Below the pieces are notes generated by a model, which did not search any database, had not been told where the DNA came from, and saw nothing but the letters and a program-made list of their open reading frames with translations. A stretch of DNA of 16,910 nucleotides from a bacterium (lineage in GTDB: Bacteria > DUMJ01), in NCBI GenBank assembly GCA_049970495.1, contig JBMFMV010000042.1, positions 1-16,910 of the forward strand, written 5' to 3'. Made by a program: the position numbers and the translations under genes. Shown here piece by piece: positions 7,331 through 15,520 of the stretch. Every line of letters starts with the position of its first letter. The stretch's first letter is position 1.

Positions 7331-10159
7331 ATGAACTGGAAGGCTAAATGGATATGGGATAATAGTGGTGAGCATCCTAGAAATTATTGGGTAGCTTTTA
7401 GAAAGACATTTAATAAGCCTAAAGATGTTGATGATGCAGTCTTAAATATAACTGCAGATTCTAGGTATGTGCTCTATGTGAACGGGAAAAGAATCGGTTT
7501 TGGACCGGTAAGGAGTTGGCCATTTGAGTACTCTTATGATACTTACCATATTAAAGATTATCTAGTCACTGGGAAGAATGTCATCGCTGTTTTGGTTACT
7601 CATTTTGGGGTAAGTACATTTCAGTATATTGAAGGAAGAGGTGGCTTAATAGCTCAACTGGATTTTTACAAAGATGGAAACATTATAGAGAGTGTAATAA
7701 CAGATAGTAGTTGGAAGAATAAAGAACATACCAGTTTTCAGAGAGCTTCAGTAAGGATAAGTTGTCAGCAAGGTTGGGCAGAGATATTTAATGCCAATAA
7801 ATTTAGTCAGGACTGGACCGAAAGAGATTTTGATGACTTTAGTTGGAATAACTCTATAGAGATAGGGGAGTATGGGGCTAATCCTTGGAAGACTCTAATA
7901 CCAAGGGATATCCCATATCTTACAGAGGAACTTATCTATCCAAAGAGAGTTGTATCCCTAAAAGAAGTAATGCCGGTAAAGACCCATATATCTGTAGATG
8001 TAAGACCTAACTTTTTTCCAGGAGACTACACGGCAAATCCAAAGGCATTTTTGGGGTATATAGCGACTATAATAGAATCTCCAAAAGATATGAAGGGTAA
8101 AGTAGTATTTCCTTTTGGAAGATGGGTAAGCGTCTATGGAAGATTTAAAATAAATGGGAAAGTCTATGAGATAAAAGATGAAAATTCTATAGAGGTTGAA
8201 CTAAAGAGGGGAGAAAACTTCTTTTTAATGGATATTAGTGGAAGATACCATGAACTTTTCATCCATATGGGATTTGATTTTGAAGAAGAGGTATCCTTTA
8301 AAGCTCCGATATTTGATGATTATGAGTTTATTACTATAGGTCCCTTTGATAAGAAAGAGGTACTACTCATTGGTGAACCTGTAGATTATGATCTTAGGGA
8401 GACTACAGAATACATAAATATTTGGAATTTTAGTGGTCCAGAAGGATTATCCCGATATAAAGATTTTATAAAGCCTATCTTAAAAGAACATACCTGCAAG
8501 GAGAATGTATATACCCTTTCTACGGTGAAGAAGGTATTAAGAGAGTATGGTGTACCCTTTGATTATCAAAATATAGTTATTCCCAATGAAACGTATGCTT
8601 CTATCAGGGAATTAGATGGAGATATAGAGTTTATAGTAGATTTTGGTAGAGAACTCTCAGGATTTTTAGAATTTGATATTGATAGCCCAGAGGGAGTAAT
8701 CTTAGATTTTTACTTCTTTGAAAGTATGCATGATGGCATTATAGAAGATACCAATGGATTAAATAATACTCTAAGGTATATAACTAAAGAAGGAAGACAG
8801 AGCTATAGATCCATTATAAGGAGAGGTTTCAGATATGTTATGGTAACTATAAGGAATCTAAATAACTCTCTTAAATTCTACTCCGTAAGGGCTTATCTTT
8901 CTACATATCCTGTTGCAGAACTTGGTTCTTTCTACTCAAGCGATTATCTCCTAAATCGTATCTGGGAGATATCCCAACATACAGAGAGACTATGTATGGA
9001 GGATACCTATGTAGACTGTCCAGCTTACGAACAGACATTTTGGGTAGGGGATTCTAGGAATGAAGCACTTATAAATTATTATACATTTGGAGCTTATCAG
9101 CTTTCTAAACGTTGCCTCAAGCTAGTTCCAAAATCTCTCTATAGGAGCATCTTGCCAGAGTCGCAAGTCCCTAGTGGTTGGCAGAATATCTTAACTGCAT
9201 GGACTCTATTCTGGATAAGTGCCTGTAAGGAGTACTATTTCTTCACTGGAGATACAGAATTTCTAAATGAGATCTATCCTTATCTTATGGAAACTGTTAG
9301 AAATTTTGAAAAATTCATAAACAAAGACGGATTATTAGAAATAACTGCCTGGAATATGTTGGATTGGGCTCCTATGGATACACCAGAAAGTGGTGTAGTA
9401 ACTCATCAAAATGCATTGCTTGTAAAAGCCCTAAGGGATATAGCATATATCTCAGATGTTTTAAATAGAACTGAAGATAAAAACTATCTACTAAAATTTG
9501 CAGATACCTTAAAAGAGGCTATAAATAAGCATCTTTGGGATGAGGAGAACAAGGCTTATATAGATAGTATCCATAAGAATGGAAGACGATCAAAGGTTAT
9601 CAGTCAACAGACTAATACCATGGTGTATCTGTGTGACTGTGCTGATGGTGAGAGGAAAGAAATTCTAGAAAAGTATCTTATTGACCCTCCAGAACACTTT
9701 ATCAAAATAGGGAGTCCTTTTATGTCCTTCTTCTACTTTGAAGCCCTTATTAAAATAAATAGAATCGATAAGATTTTAAATGATATTAGAAGAGCTTGGG
9801 GCTTGATGTTGGATCATGGAGCTACTACTTGTTGGGAGACATTTATAGGTTTTATAAAAGATAGACTAACTAGAAGTCACTGTCATGCATGGTCTAGCGC
9901 TCCTGGATATTTCCTACCAGCTTATATCCTAGGGGTAAGACCCTTAGAACCTGGCTTTAAGAAGGTATTAATTCAACCTAATCTAGGTGATTTAAAGTGG
10001 GCTAAGGGAACTATCCCAACACCTTGCGGTGTTATAGAGATATCTTGTAGAAAGGAGAACGACTATATTGATGTAGTGTTGAAACTACCTGAAGGCGTAG
10101 AGGCTAAGGTAGTTCCCCTTGCAGGAGAAAAGATACTGGTAAATGGAAAGGAGCTTTAA
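7331..10159 (+). CDS. Alpha-L-rhamnosidase, glycoside hydrolase family 78 (no signal peptide)
   Basis: AKWIW, ITADSRYVLYVNG, VDFGRELSG, RRGFRY, DCPAYEQ..WVGD, GATTCWE, SHCHAWSSAP, GTIPTPCG motifs; RBS GGAGGT/AGGA. Confidence 0.93.
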   Translation: MNWKAKWIWDNSGEHPRNYWVAFRKTFNKPKDVDDAVLNITADSRYVLYVNGKRIGFGPVRSWPFEYSYDTYHIKDYLVTGKNVIAVLVTHFGVSTFQYIEGRGGLIAQLDFYKDGNIIESVITDSSWKNKEHTSFQRASVRISCQQGWAEIFNANKFSQDWTERDFDDFSWNNSIEIGEYGANPWKTLIPRDIPYLTEELIYPKRVVSLKEVMPVKTHISVDVRPNFFPGDYTANPKAFLGYIATIIESPKDMKGKVVFPFGRWVSVYGRFKINGKVYEIKDENSIEVELKRGENFFLMDISGRYHELFIHMGFDFEEEVSFKAPIFDDYEFITIGPFDKKEVLLIGEPVDYDLRETTEYINIWNFSGPEGLSRYKDFIKPILKEHTCKENVYTLSTVKKVLREYGVPFDYQNIVIPNETYASIRELDGDIEFIVDFGRELSGFLEFDIDSPEGVILDFYFFESMHDGIIEDTNGLNNTLRYITKEGRQSYRSIIRRGFRYVMVTIRNLNNSLKFYSVRAYLSTYPVAELGSFYSSDYLLNRIWEISQHTERLCMEDTYVDCPAYEQTFWVGDSRNEALINYYTFGAYQLSKRCLKLVPKSLYRSILPESQVPSGWQNILTAWTLFWISACKEYYFFTGDTEFLNEIYPYLMETVRNFEKFINKDGLLEITAWNMLDWAPMDTPESGVVTHQNALLVKALRDIAYISDVLNRTEDKNYLLKFADTLKEAINKHLWDEENKAYIDSIHKNGRRSKVISQQTNTMVYLCDCADGERKEILEKYLIDPPEHFIKIGSPFMSFFYFEALIKINRIDKILNDIRRAWGLMLDHGATTCWETFIGFIKDRLTRSHCHAWSSAPGYFLPAYILGVRPLEPGFKKVLIQPNLGDLKWAKGTIPTPCGVIEISCRKENDYIDVVLKLPEGVEAKVVPLAGEKILVNGKEL

Positions 10160-10168
10160 TCTGAAATC

Positions 10169-10855
10169 TTGTCTGAGGCTTTAGAAAACCTTTTTAGATT
10201 TAATAGTATAGAAGAGGCTGAGAACTTACAAAAGTCTTTGGCTAAGAGACTAATTCTTACCGATGGGTTCTCAGCCTTAAGATTTATTGGAGGGGTCGAT
10301 ACATCCTTTTCTGAAGATGGCAGAGTTCTTTCGGTAATAGTGGTTATGAGATTTGACATTCTAGAGTTAATAGAATTTTCCTATTATTCAACTAGAGAAG
10401 TTGTCCCTTACATACCAGGTTTCTTGAGTTTTAGGGAAGGCCCAGCTATTATAGGGGCATGGAGAAGATTAAAAGTTAAACCTGATATCTTGCTTATAGA
10501 TGGACAAGGTTATGCCCATCCTAGACATCTGGGAATTGCTTCTCATCTTGGTATAGCTTTGGATATGCCAACTATAGGTTGTGCTAAGAGTCTCTTGATT
10601 GGAAGATATGAAGAACCAGGTCCTCTAAAAGGGGATAGAAAACCTATATTCTATAAAGATAAAATAGTAGGGATAGTCTTAAGGACAAAGGATAGAGTAA
10701 AGCCTGTATTTGTTTCTCCAGGATATAAGGTATCTTTTGAATCATCAGTAGAGATAGTGTTAAGATCTGTTACAAAATATAGATTACCAGAACCTTTGAG
10801 ATATGCCCATCGGTATAGTAAGGCTATACTGAAGAGAAATAGAGGTGAATCTTGA
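10169..10855 (+). CDS. nfi: Endonuclease V (deoxyinosine 3' endonuclease)
   Basis: GGVD, PYIPGFLSFRE wedge motif, IDGQGYAHPR.LGIASH, IGCAKS, RLPEP.RYAH; catalytic D/E/D/H present; TTG start is uncertain. Confidence 0.95.
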   Translation: MSEALENLFRFNSIEEAENLQKSLAKRLILTDGFSALRFIGGVDTSFSEDGRVLSVIVVMRFDILELIEFSYYSTREVVPYIPGFLSFREGPAIIGAWRRLKVKPDILLIDGQGYAHPRHLGIASHLGIALDMPTIGCAKSLLIGRYEEPGPLKGDRKPIFYKDKIVGIVLRTKDRVKPVFVSPGYKVSFESSVEIVLRSVTKYRLPEPLRYAHRYSKAILKRNRGES

Positions 10856-11331
10856 GAAAATATTTAATTATCCTATTTATAATCTTAGGGTTAATTTCTA
10901 ATACTCAGGGTTTTGGAGATAGTATCAAGATACCTAACTTTCCGAAAGGGAGATTAAAGATATACGATAGGGAGAAGGAACTTATAATTCCAATAGAGAT
11001 AGCAAATACACCTGAGCTGTGGAGTTTTGGACTAATGTTTAGAGAAGATATCCCATGGGAGTATGGTATGCTCTTTATCTTCCCAAGCGATGAGAATGGG
11101 GGTTTTTGGATGAAAAATACATACATACCCTTAGATATAGCCTTTATAGATTCAAATAAGACAATATTTAGTATACAGAGAATGCAACCTTGTTATAATG
11201 ACAGCTGCCCTGTCTATTATAGTCCAAAACCATTCAGATATGCACTAGAGGTAAAGGCCGGTTTTTTCGAAAGATTTGGATTCAGAGAGGGGAGTAAGAT
11301 TAAGGTCCTTTCTAGGGAGGGATCTTTATGA
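10852..11331 (+). CDS. DUF192 domain protein with N-terminal signal/TM segment
   Basis: EIA...GLMFR...GMLF.F...FWMKNT.IPLDIAFID...YALEV.AG; overlaps nfi by 4 nt (TTGA). Confidence 0.92.
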   Translation: MRKYLIILFIILGLISNTQGFGDSIKIPNFPKGRLKIYDREKELIIPIEIANTPELWSFGLMFREDIPWEYGMLFIFPSDENGGFWMKNTYIPLDIAFIDSNKTIFSIQRMQPCYNDSCPVYYSPKPFRYALEVKAGFFERFGFREGSKIKVLSREGSL

Positions 11332-12281
11332 ATGTATCTATCGTAGGAGAGCTCAATGTAGATATTATAATGAGAGGAATAAACGGATTTCCAGAATTGG
11401 ACAAGGAGAAATTGGCAGAGGAAGGGAGGGTTACTTTAGGAAGCTCCTCGGCTATATGTGCAGTTGGACTTTCAAGATTAGGTATTAAAGTAAGTTTTAT
11501 TGGAGCAGTAGGTGATGACATATTCGGAGAATATATATTGAGGTTTTTGAATAATGAGAGGATAAATGTCTCAAGGGTAAGAAGACAACCTGCTACTGAT
11601 ACTGGTTTTACTGTCTCTTTGACCTATCCGGAGAATAGAGCCCTTATAACTTATACCGGAATTATGAAGGATTTCACTATTAATGAAGAGGATATAGACT
11701 TTATAATTTCTAACTCTAGTCATCTACATATATCTTCATTCTTTTTACAGAAGAGACTTCAGCAAGATATGAAATACCTATTTAGTAGAGTTAAAGAAAA
11801 AGGACTTACTATATCTTTAGACCCTGGCTGGGATCCAGAAGATAAGGATTGGTTTAAACTTAAAGAATTTCTCCCCCTGGTTGACATGTTATTTTTGAAT
11901 GAGATAGAAGCTAAGAGGGTTTATTTCAGTCTTTATGAAAAAGAGGATGATGCTATAGATAAAATTGCAAAGATCCTATCTAAAGAAGTGAAACTTCTAG
12001 TTATAAAGCTCGGAGAAAAGGGTGCATTGGTGGTAGAAAATAGGAAAGGGTATTATAGAGCAGGATTTAAGGTTAATGTGATAGATACTACAGGTGCAGG
12101 TGATGCTTTTAATGCTGGTTTTCTCTATGGAAGATTAAATAACTATGAGCTAGATAAGTGTCTTTTGATTGGAAATGCCTGTGGGGCATTGTCCTGTACT
12201 GGTATAGGTGGTACAACAAACCTTCCTACATTAAAGGTCCTGAAAGAGTTTATAGAGAGTTTTTTTGCAGAAACTAGTTAG
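11328..12281 (+). CDS. PfkB/ribokinase family carbohydrate kinase
   Basis: GELNVD, GAVGDDIFG, FLNEIEA, IDTTGAGDAFNAGF signature; ATGA overlap with DUF192. Confidence 0.94.
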   Translation: MNVSIVGELNVDIIMRGINGFPELDKEKLAEEGRVTLGSSSAICAVGLSRLGIKVSFIGAVGDDIFGEYILRFLNNERINVSRVRRQPATDTGFTVSLTYPENRALITYTGIMKDFTINEEDIDFIISNSSHLHISSFFLQKRLQQDMKYLFSRVKEKGLTISLDPGWDPEDKDWFKLKEFLPLVDMLFLNEIEAKRVYFSLYEKEDDAIDKIAKILSKEVKLLVIKLGEKGALVVENRKGYYRAGFKVNVIDTTGAGDAFNAGFLYGRLNNYELDKCLLIGNACGALSCTGIGGTTNLPTLKVLKEFIESFFAETS

Positions 12282-12286
12282 TTCTA

Positions 12287-12316
12287 TTGACTTACTCTTA
12301 ATAATGCCTTTATAAT
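12287..12316 (+). promoter_or_regulatory. sigma70/sigmaA promoter of the thi operon
   Basis: TTGACT (12287-12292), 18-nt spacer, TATAAT (12311-12316), about 30 nt upstream of the riboswitch. Confidence 0.7.
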
Positions 12317-12348
12317 ATCTAGTAAAAAATAAAGTTCCTAAGATAAGG

Positions 12349-12456
12349 ATCACCGGGGTGCTGAAAGCAAGGATATCTTGTAAGTAGGCTGAGAGGAATC
12401 CTCTAGGATTCCAACCCGTTGAACCTGATCTAGGTAATACTAGCGAAGGGAGTGAT
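12349..12456 (+). ncRNA. TPP riboswitch (THI element)
   Basis: GGGGTGC...GGCTGAGA...AACCCG.TGAACCTGATCTAGGTAATACTAGCGAAGGGAG consensus; P1 ATCAC/GTGAT; directly upstream of thiD. Confidence 0.95.
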
Positions 12457-12460
12457 AAAG

Positions 12461-13261
12461 ATGAACTATAAAGGTAAAGCTTTGACTATTGCCGGCTCAG
12501 ATTCAGGTGGAGGGGCTGGCATCCAGGCAGATCTAAAGACCTTTCAAGCGTTCGATGTTTACGGGATGTCAGTTATCACGTCTGTTACTGCTCAAAATAC
12601 TTTAGAGGTTAAGTCTATTTATGATCTCCATAGAGAAATAGTAGCTTTACAGATCGATGCTATTTTTGAGGATATTAGCGCAGATGCGGTTAAGACTGGT
12701 ATGTTATCCAATGAAGAGATAATAGAGACTGTTGCGGAAAGATTAACCTTTTATAAAGTAGAAAAGATCGTTGTAGACCCAGTTATGATCTCTAAGAGTA
12801 AAGCTAGGCTCTTAAAGGAATCGGCCGAAGAAAAATTTTTGGAATTGATTGTCCCCCTTGCATTTATTATAACTCCAAATATACCCGAAGCAGAGGCTAT
12901 AAGTGGAGTGAAGATCACTAGCATTGAAGATATGAAGATATCTGCAAAGATAATAAGGGAGAAAGGGGCAAAAAATGTGCTCATAAAAGGAGGACATCTT
13001 GGGGGAGATGTAGCCGTTGATATATTATTCGATGGTAAAGATTTTCACTTTTTTGAAGAAGAAAGAATATTTACCAAAAATACTCATGGTACAGGTTGTA
13101 CATTCTCTTCCGCTATAACTGCCTGTCTAGCTAGAGGTGAAGACGTCTATAATTCTATCAAAAAAGCCAAAAGATATATAACTTTAGCTATAAAAGAGGC
13201 TCCTAACAACATAGGAAAAGGTTTTGGCCCTCTATATCATAATTTAGGAGGAATCATATGA
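12461..13261 (+). CDS. thiD: Hydroxymethylpyrimidine/phosphomethylpyrimidine kinase
   Basis: LTIAGSDSGGGAGIQADLKTF, VKTGML, DPVM, TPNIPEA, KGGH, THGTGCTFSSAI. ATG 12461 preferred over GTG 12452 because GGAG (12449-12452) lies 8 nt upstream. Confidence 0.97.
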   Translation: MNYKGKALTIAGSDSGGGAGIQADLKTFQAFDVYGMSVITSVTAQNTLEVKSIYDLHREIVALQIDAIFEDISADAVKTGMLSNEEIIETVAERLTFYKVEKIVVDPVMISKSKARLLKESAEEKFLELIVPLAFIITPNIPEAEAISGVKITSIEDMKISAKIIREKGAKNVLIKGGHLGGDVAVDILFDGKDFHFFEEERIFTKNTHGTGCTFSSAITACLARGEDVYNSIKKAKRYITLAIKEAPNNIGKGFGPLYHNLGGII

Positions 13262-14013
13262 AGATTCTCCTTACAAATGATGATGGTATATTGGCTAATG
13301 GTATAAGAGAGCTTCTCGTTGAGCTATCAACTACTGATGATATCTATGTCGTAGCTCCAAAGAATAGACTCATTGGCGTAGGTGGAGGAGTCACTTTTGA
13401 TAGACCTATAGGAGTCGAAGAGATTAAACTTTCTTTAGGAGAAAAGAAGGCTTTTGCAGTATCTGGAACTCCTGCTGATTGTGTTATCCTTGCAGTTGAC
13501 GTATTAATTAAGGATATAGATTTAGTAATTTCTGGTATAAATGATGAACCTAATGTCGGCGATGATATAAGATTTTCTGGGACAATCGGTGCCTGTAGAG
13601 AGGCGGCATTTTCGAATATTCCTTCTATAGGCATCTCCTTAGAATATGGGGACAGAGGATACTTCTATGAAGGTGCAGTCAGAATAACAAGGAAACTTGT
13701 AGATTATATTAGGACCAATCCTCTTCCAAAAGGAATCTTTCTAAACGTCAACGTCCCTAATATCCCTGTGGAGGAAATAAAGGGAGTAAAATTTGTAAAA
13801 CTTGGGAGAAGAAGGTATAAGGATAGAGTTCACAGTGTTTTTGACCCATATGGTAGAAGATACTTTTGGATAGGTGGAACTCCTATAAAAGAGGAAGAGG
13901 AGGATACAGAAGATATGGTATTAAGAGAGAATTATATAGCTATCACACCCTTAAGGATCGATGAAACAGATTATTCTTTTCTGGAGGTGATGAAAAGGTG
14001 GAAGATAGAGTAA
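13258..14013 (+). CDS. surE: SurE-family phosphatase/5'-nucleotidase (divergent active-site loop)
   Basis: ILLTNDDG, VVAP, GTPADCV, VISGIN..PN.G, SGT.GA, LNVNVP, ITPL; overlaps both thiD and thiM. Confidence 0.93.
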   Translation: MKILLTNDDGILANGIRELLVELSTTDDIYVVAPKNRLIGVGGGVTFDRPIGVEEIKLSLGEKKAFAVSGTPADCVILAVDVLIKDIDLVISGINDEPNVGDDIRFSGTIGACREAAFSNIPSIGISLEYGDRGYFYEGAVRITRKLVDYIRTNPLPKGIFLNVNVPNIPVEEIKGVKFVKLGRRRYKDRVHSVFDPYGRRYFWIGGTPIKEEEEDTEDMVLRENYIAITPLRIDETDYSFLEVMKRWKIE

Positions 14014-14822
14014 GATTCATATTAGAAGAAGGACAGAGGATTTGGAATGTGATGAAAGAGATTAGGCCATTAGTTCATCATATTACTAATTTTGTTGCTA
14101 TGCCTGAACAAGCACATGCTACATTAGCTATCGGGGCAAGCCCTGTTATGGCATTATATCCAGAAGAATCAGGGGATATGTCTTCTATAGCAGATGCTTT
14201 ACTTATAAATATAGGAATTCCTTCGAATGAGCTGTTCTCTGCTATGAAAGAGGCGATGGAAGTAGCCAATAAAAAAGGTATCCCTGTCTTATTAGACCCT
14301 GTAGGGTATGGGGCTACTCCTTTTAGAAATTATGTAGTAGATTCTCTCTTAGAAGGGTATAAAGTAACAGTGATTAAGGGCAATAGCGGGGAGATAATGG
14401 CCTTAGCAGGAAATTCTGGAATGGTTAGAGGGGTAGATGCCATTGGTGGTGTTACCTTAGAATTGAAAGATGTGATAAAGTCACTGGCTAATAAATTTAA
14501 TACTATAATTATAGCTACAGGAGAAGAAGATTTTTTATCTGACGGTAAGGATGTCCTATCAGTAAAAGGAGGCAGTCGTATGCTGAGAAGTATTACTGGT
14601 TCTGGTTGTATAGCTGGATCTATAATATCTGCGGTCTTAGGAACAAAGGGAGACCCATTAATAGCCTCTATAGCAGGGTTAGTGGCTTTTAAGCTTTCTG
14701 CTAGAAGGGCGGAAAAAAAGAGTAAATGTCCGGGAAGTTTTAGAGTATACTTATTTGACGAGTTATCCTTGGTAAGTGGAGAGGATATTCTAAAAGAAGG
14801 GGATATAAAATTATGGACTTAA
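13998..14822 (+). CDS. thiM: Hydroxyethylthiazole kinase
   Basis: PLVHHITNFV, GASPVMA, INIG, LDPVGYGA, KGNSGEI, ITGSGC; RBS GGAGGTG. Confidence 0.96.
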   Translation: MEDRVRFILEEGQRIWNVMKEIRPLVHHITNFVAMPEQAHATLAIGASPVMALYPEESGDMSSIADALLINIGIPSNELFSAMKEAMEVANKKGIPVLLDPVGYGATPFRNYVVDSLLEGYKVTVIKGNSGEIMALAGNSGMVRGVDAIGGVTLELKDVIKSLANKFNTIIIATGEEDFLSDGKDVLSVKGGSRMLRSITGSGCIAGSIISAVLGTKGDPLIASIAGLVAFKLSARRAEKKSKCPGSFRVYLFDELSLVSGEDILKEGDIKLWT

Positions 14823-15427
14823 GTCTCTATGTAATCACAGATGAAAAGATAGGTTTAGGAAGGAGTCACATTTTTCTTGCAGAAGAGGCACTAAAGGGTG
14901 GAGCCACAGTTATTCAACTTCGAGATAAGGAAAAGACTGGAAGAGAACTTTATAAAATAGGTGTAAAGCTAAGGGAGATCACTAAGAAATATGGAGCGCT
15001 ATTCATGGTAAATGATAGAGTTGATATAGCTTTGGCTGTAGGGGCAGACGGTGTACATTTAGGTATGAATGACCTTCCAATCTCTGTAGCAAGAAGGATA
15101 GCTGGTAATAAGTTTATTATTGGTGCATCTGTAAGTTCCCCAGAAGAAGCAGTGTTAGCGGAGAAAGAGGGAGCAGACTATATAAGTGCACAAAGCATCT
15201 TTGAAACATCAAGCAAAGAAGACGTGAAAGTTATAGGGATAGAAGGATTAAAAGCGATAGTTAAAGTGTCCTCGCTGCCAGTTATAGCTATAGGCGGTAT
15301 AAATAAGCATAATGCTATAGAGGTTATAAAGGCAGGAGCTAAAGGCATAGCAGTCATATCAGCGGTGGTCTCTAAAGAGGATGTAAGATCTGCTACGGAA
15401 GAATTGAAAAGGATAATAGCTTCTTAA
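14813..15427 (+). CDS. thiE: Thiamine-phosphate synthase
   Basis: LYVITD, IQLRDK, VNDRVDIALA, DGVHLG, TSSK, AIGGI, AVISAV. Confidence 0.97.
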   Translation: MDLSLYVITDEKIGLGRSHIFLAEEALKGGATVIQLRDKEKTGRELYKIGVKLREITKKYGALFMVNDRVDIALAVGADGVHLGMNDLPISVARRIAGNKFIIGASVSSPEEAVLAEKEGADYISAQSIFETSSKEDVKVIGIEGLKAIVKVSSLPVIAIGGINKHNAIEVIKAGAKGIAVISAVVSKEDVRSATEELKRIIAS

Positions 15428-15520
15428 GTTACTAAATAGGTATCTATTTTACGAACATTTTATATACTTAGCAAGTAACTTATCTTAGATGATTAAGCGT
15501 TATCTATAAGGAGATTGATA

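Noticed and set aside
15425..15482. Inverted repeats TAAGTTACT/AGTAACTTA and AAATAG-gtat-CTATTT after thiE as an operator or terminator
   Set aside because: Short and AT-rich, so plausible by chance, with no match to an operator I recognise.
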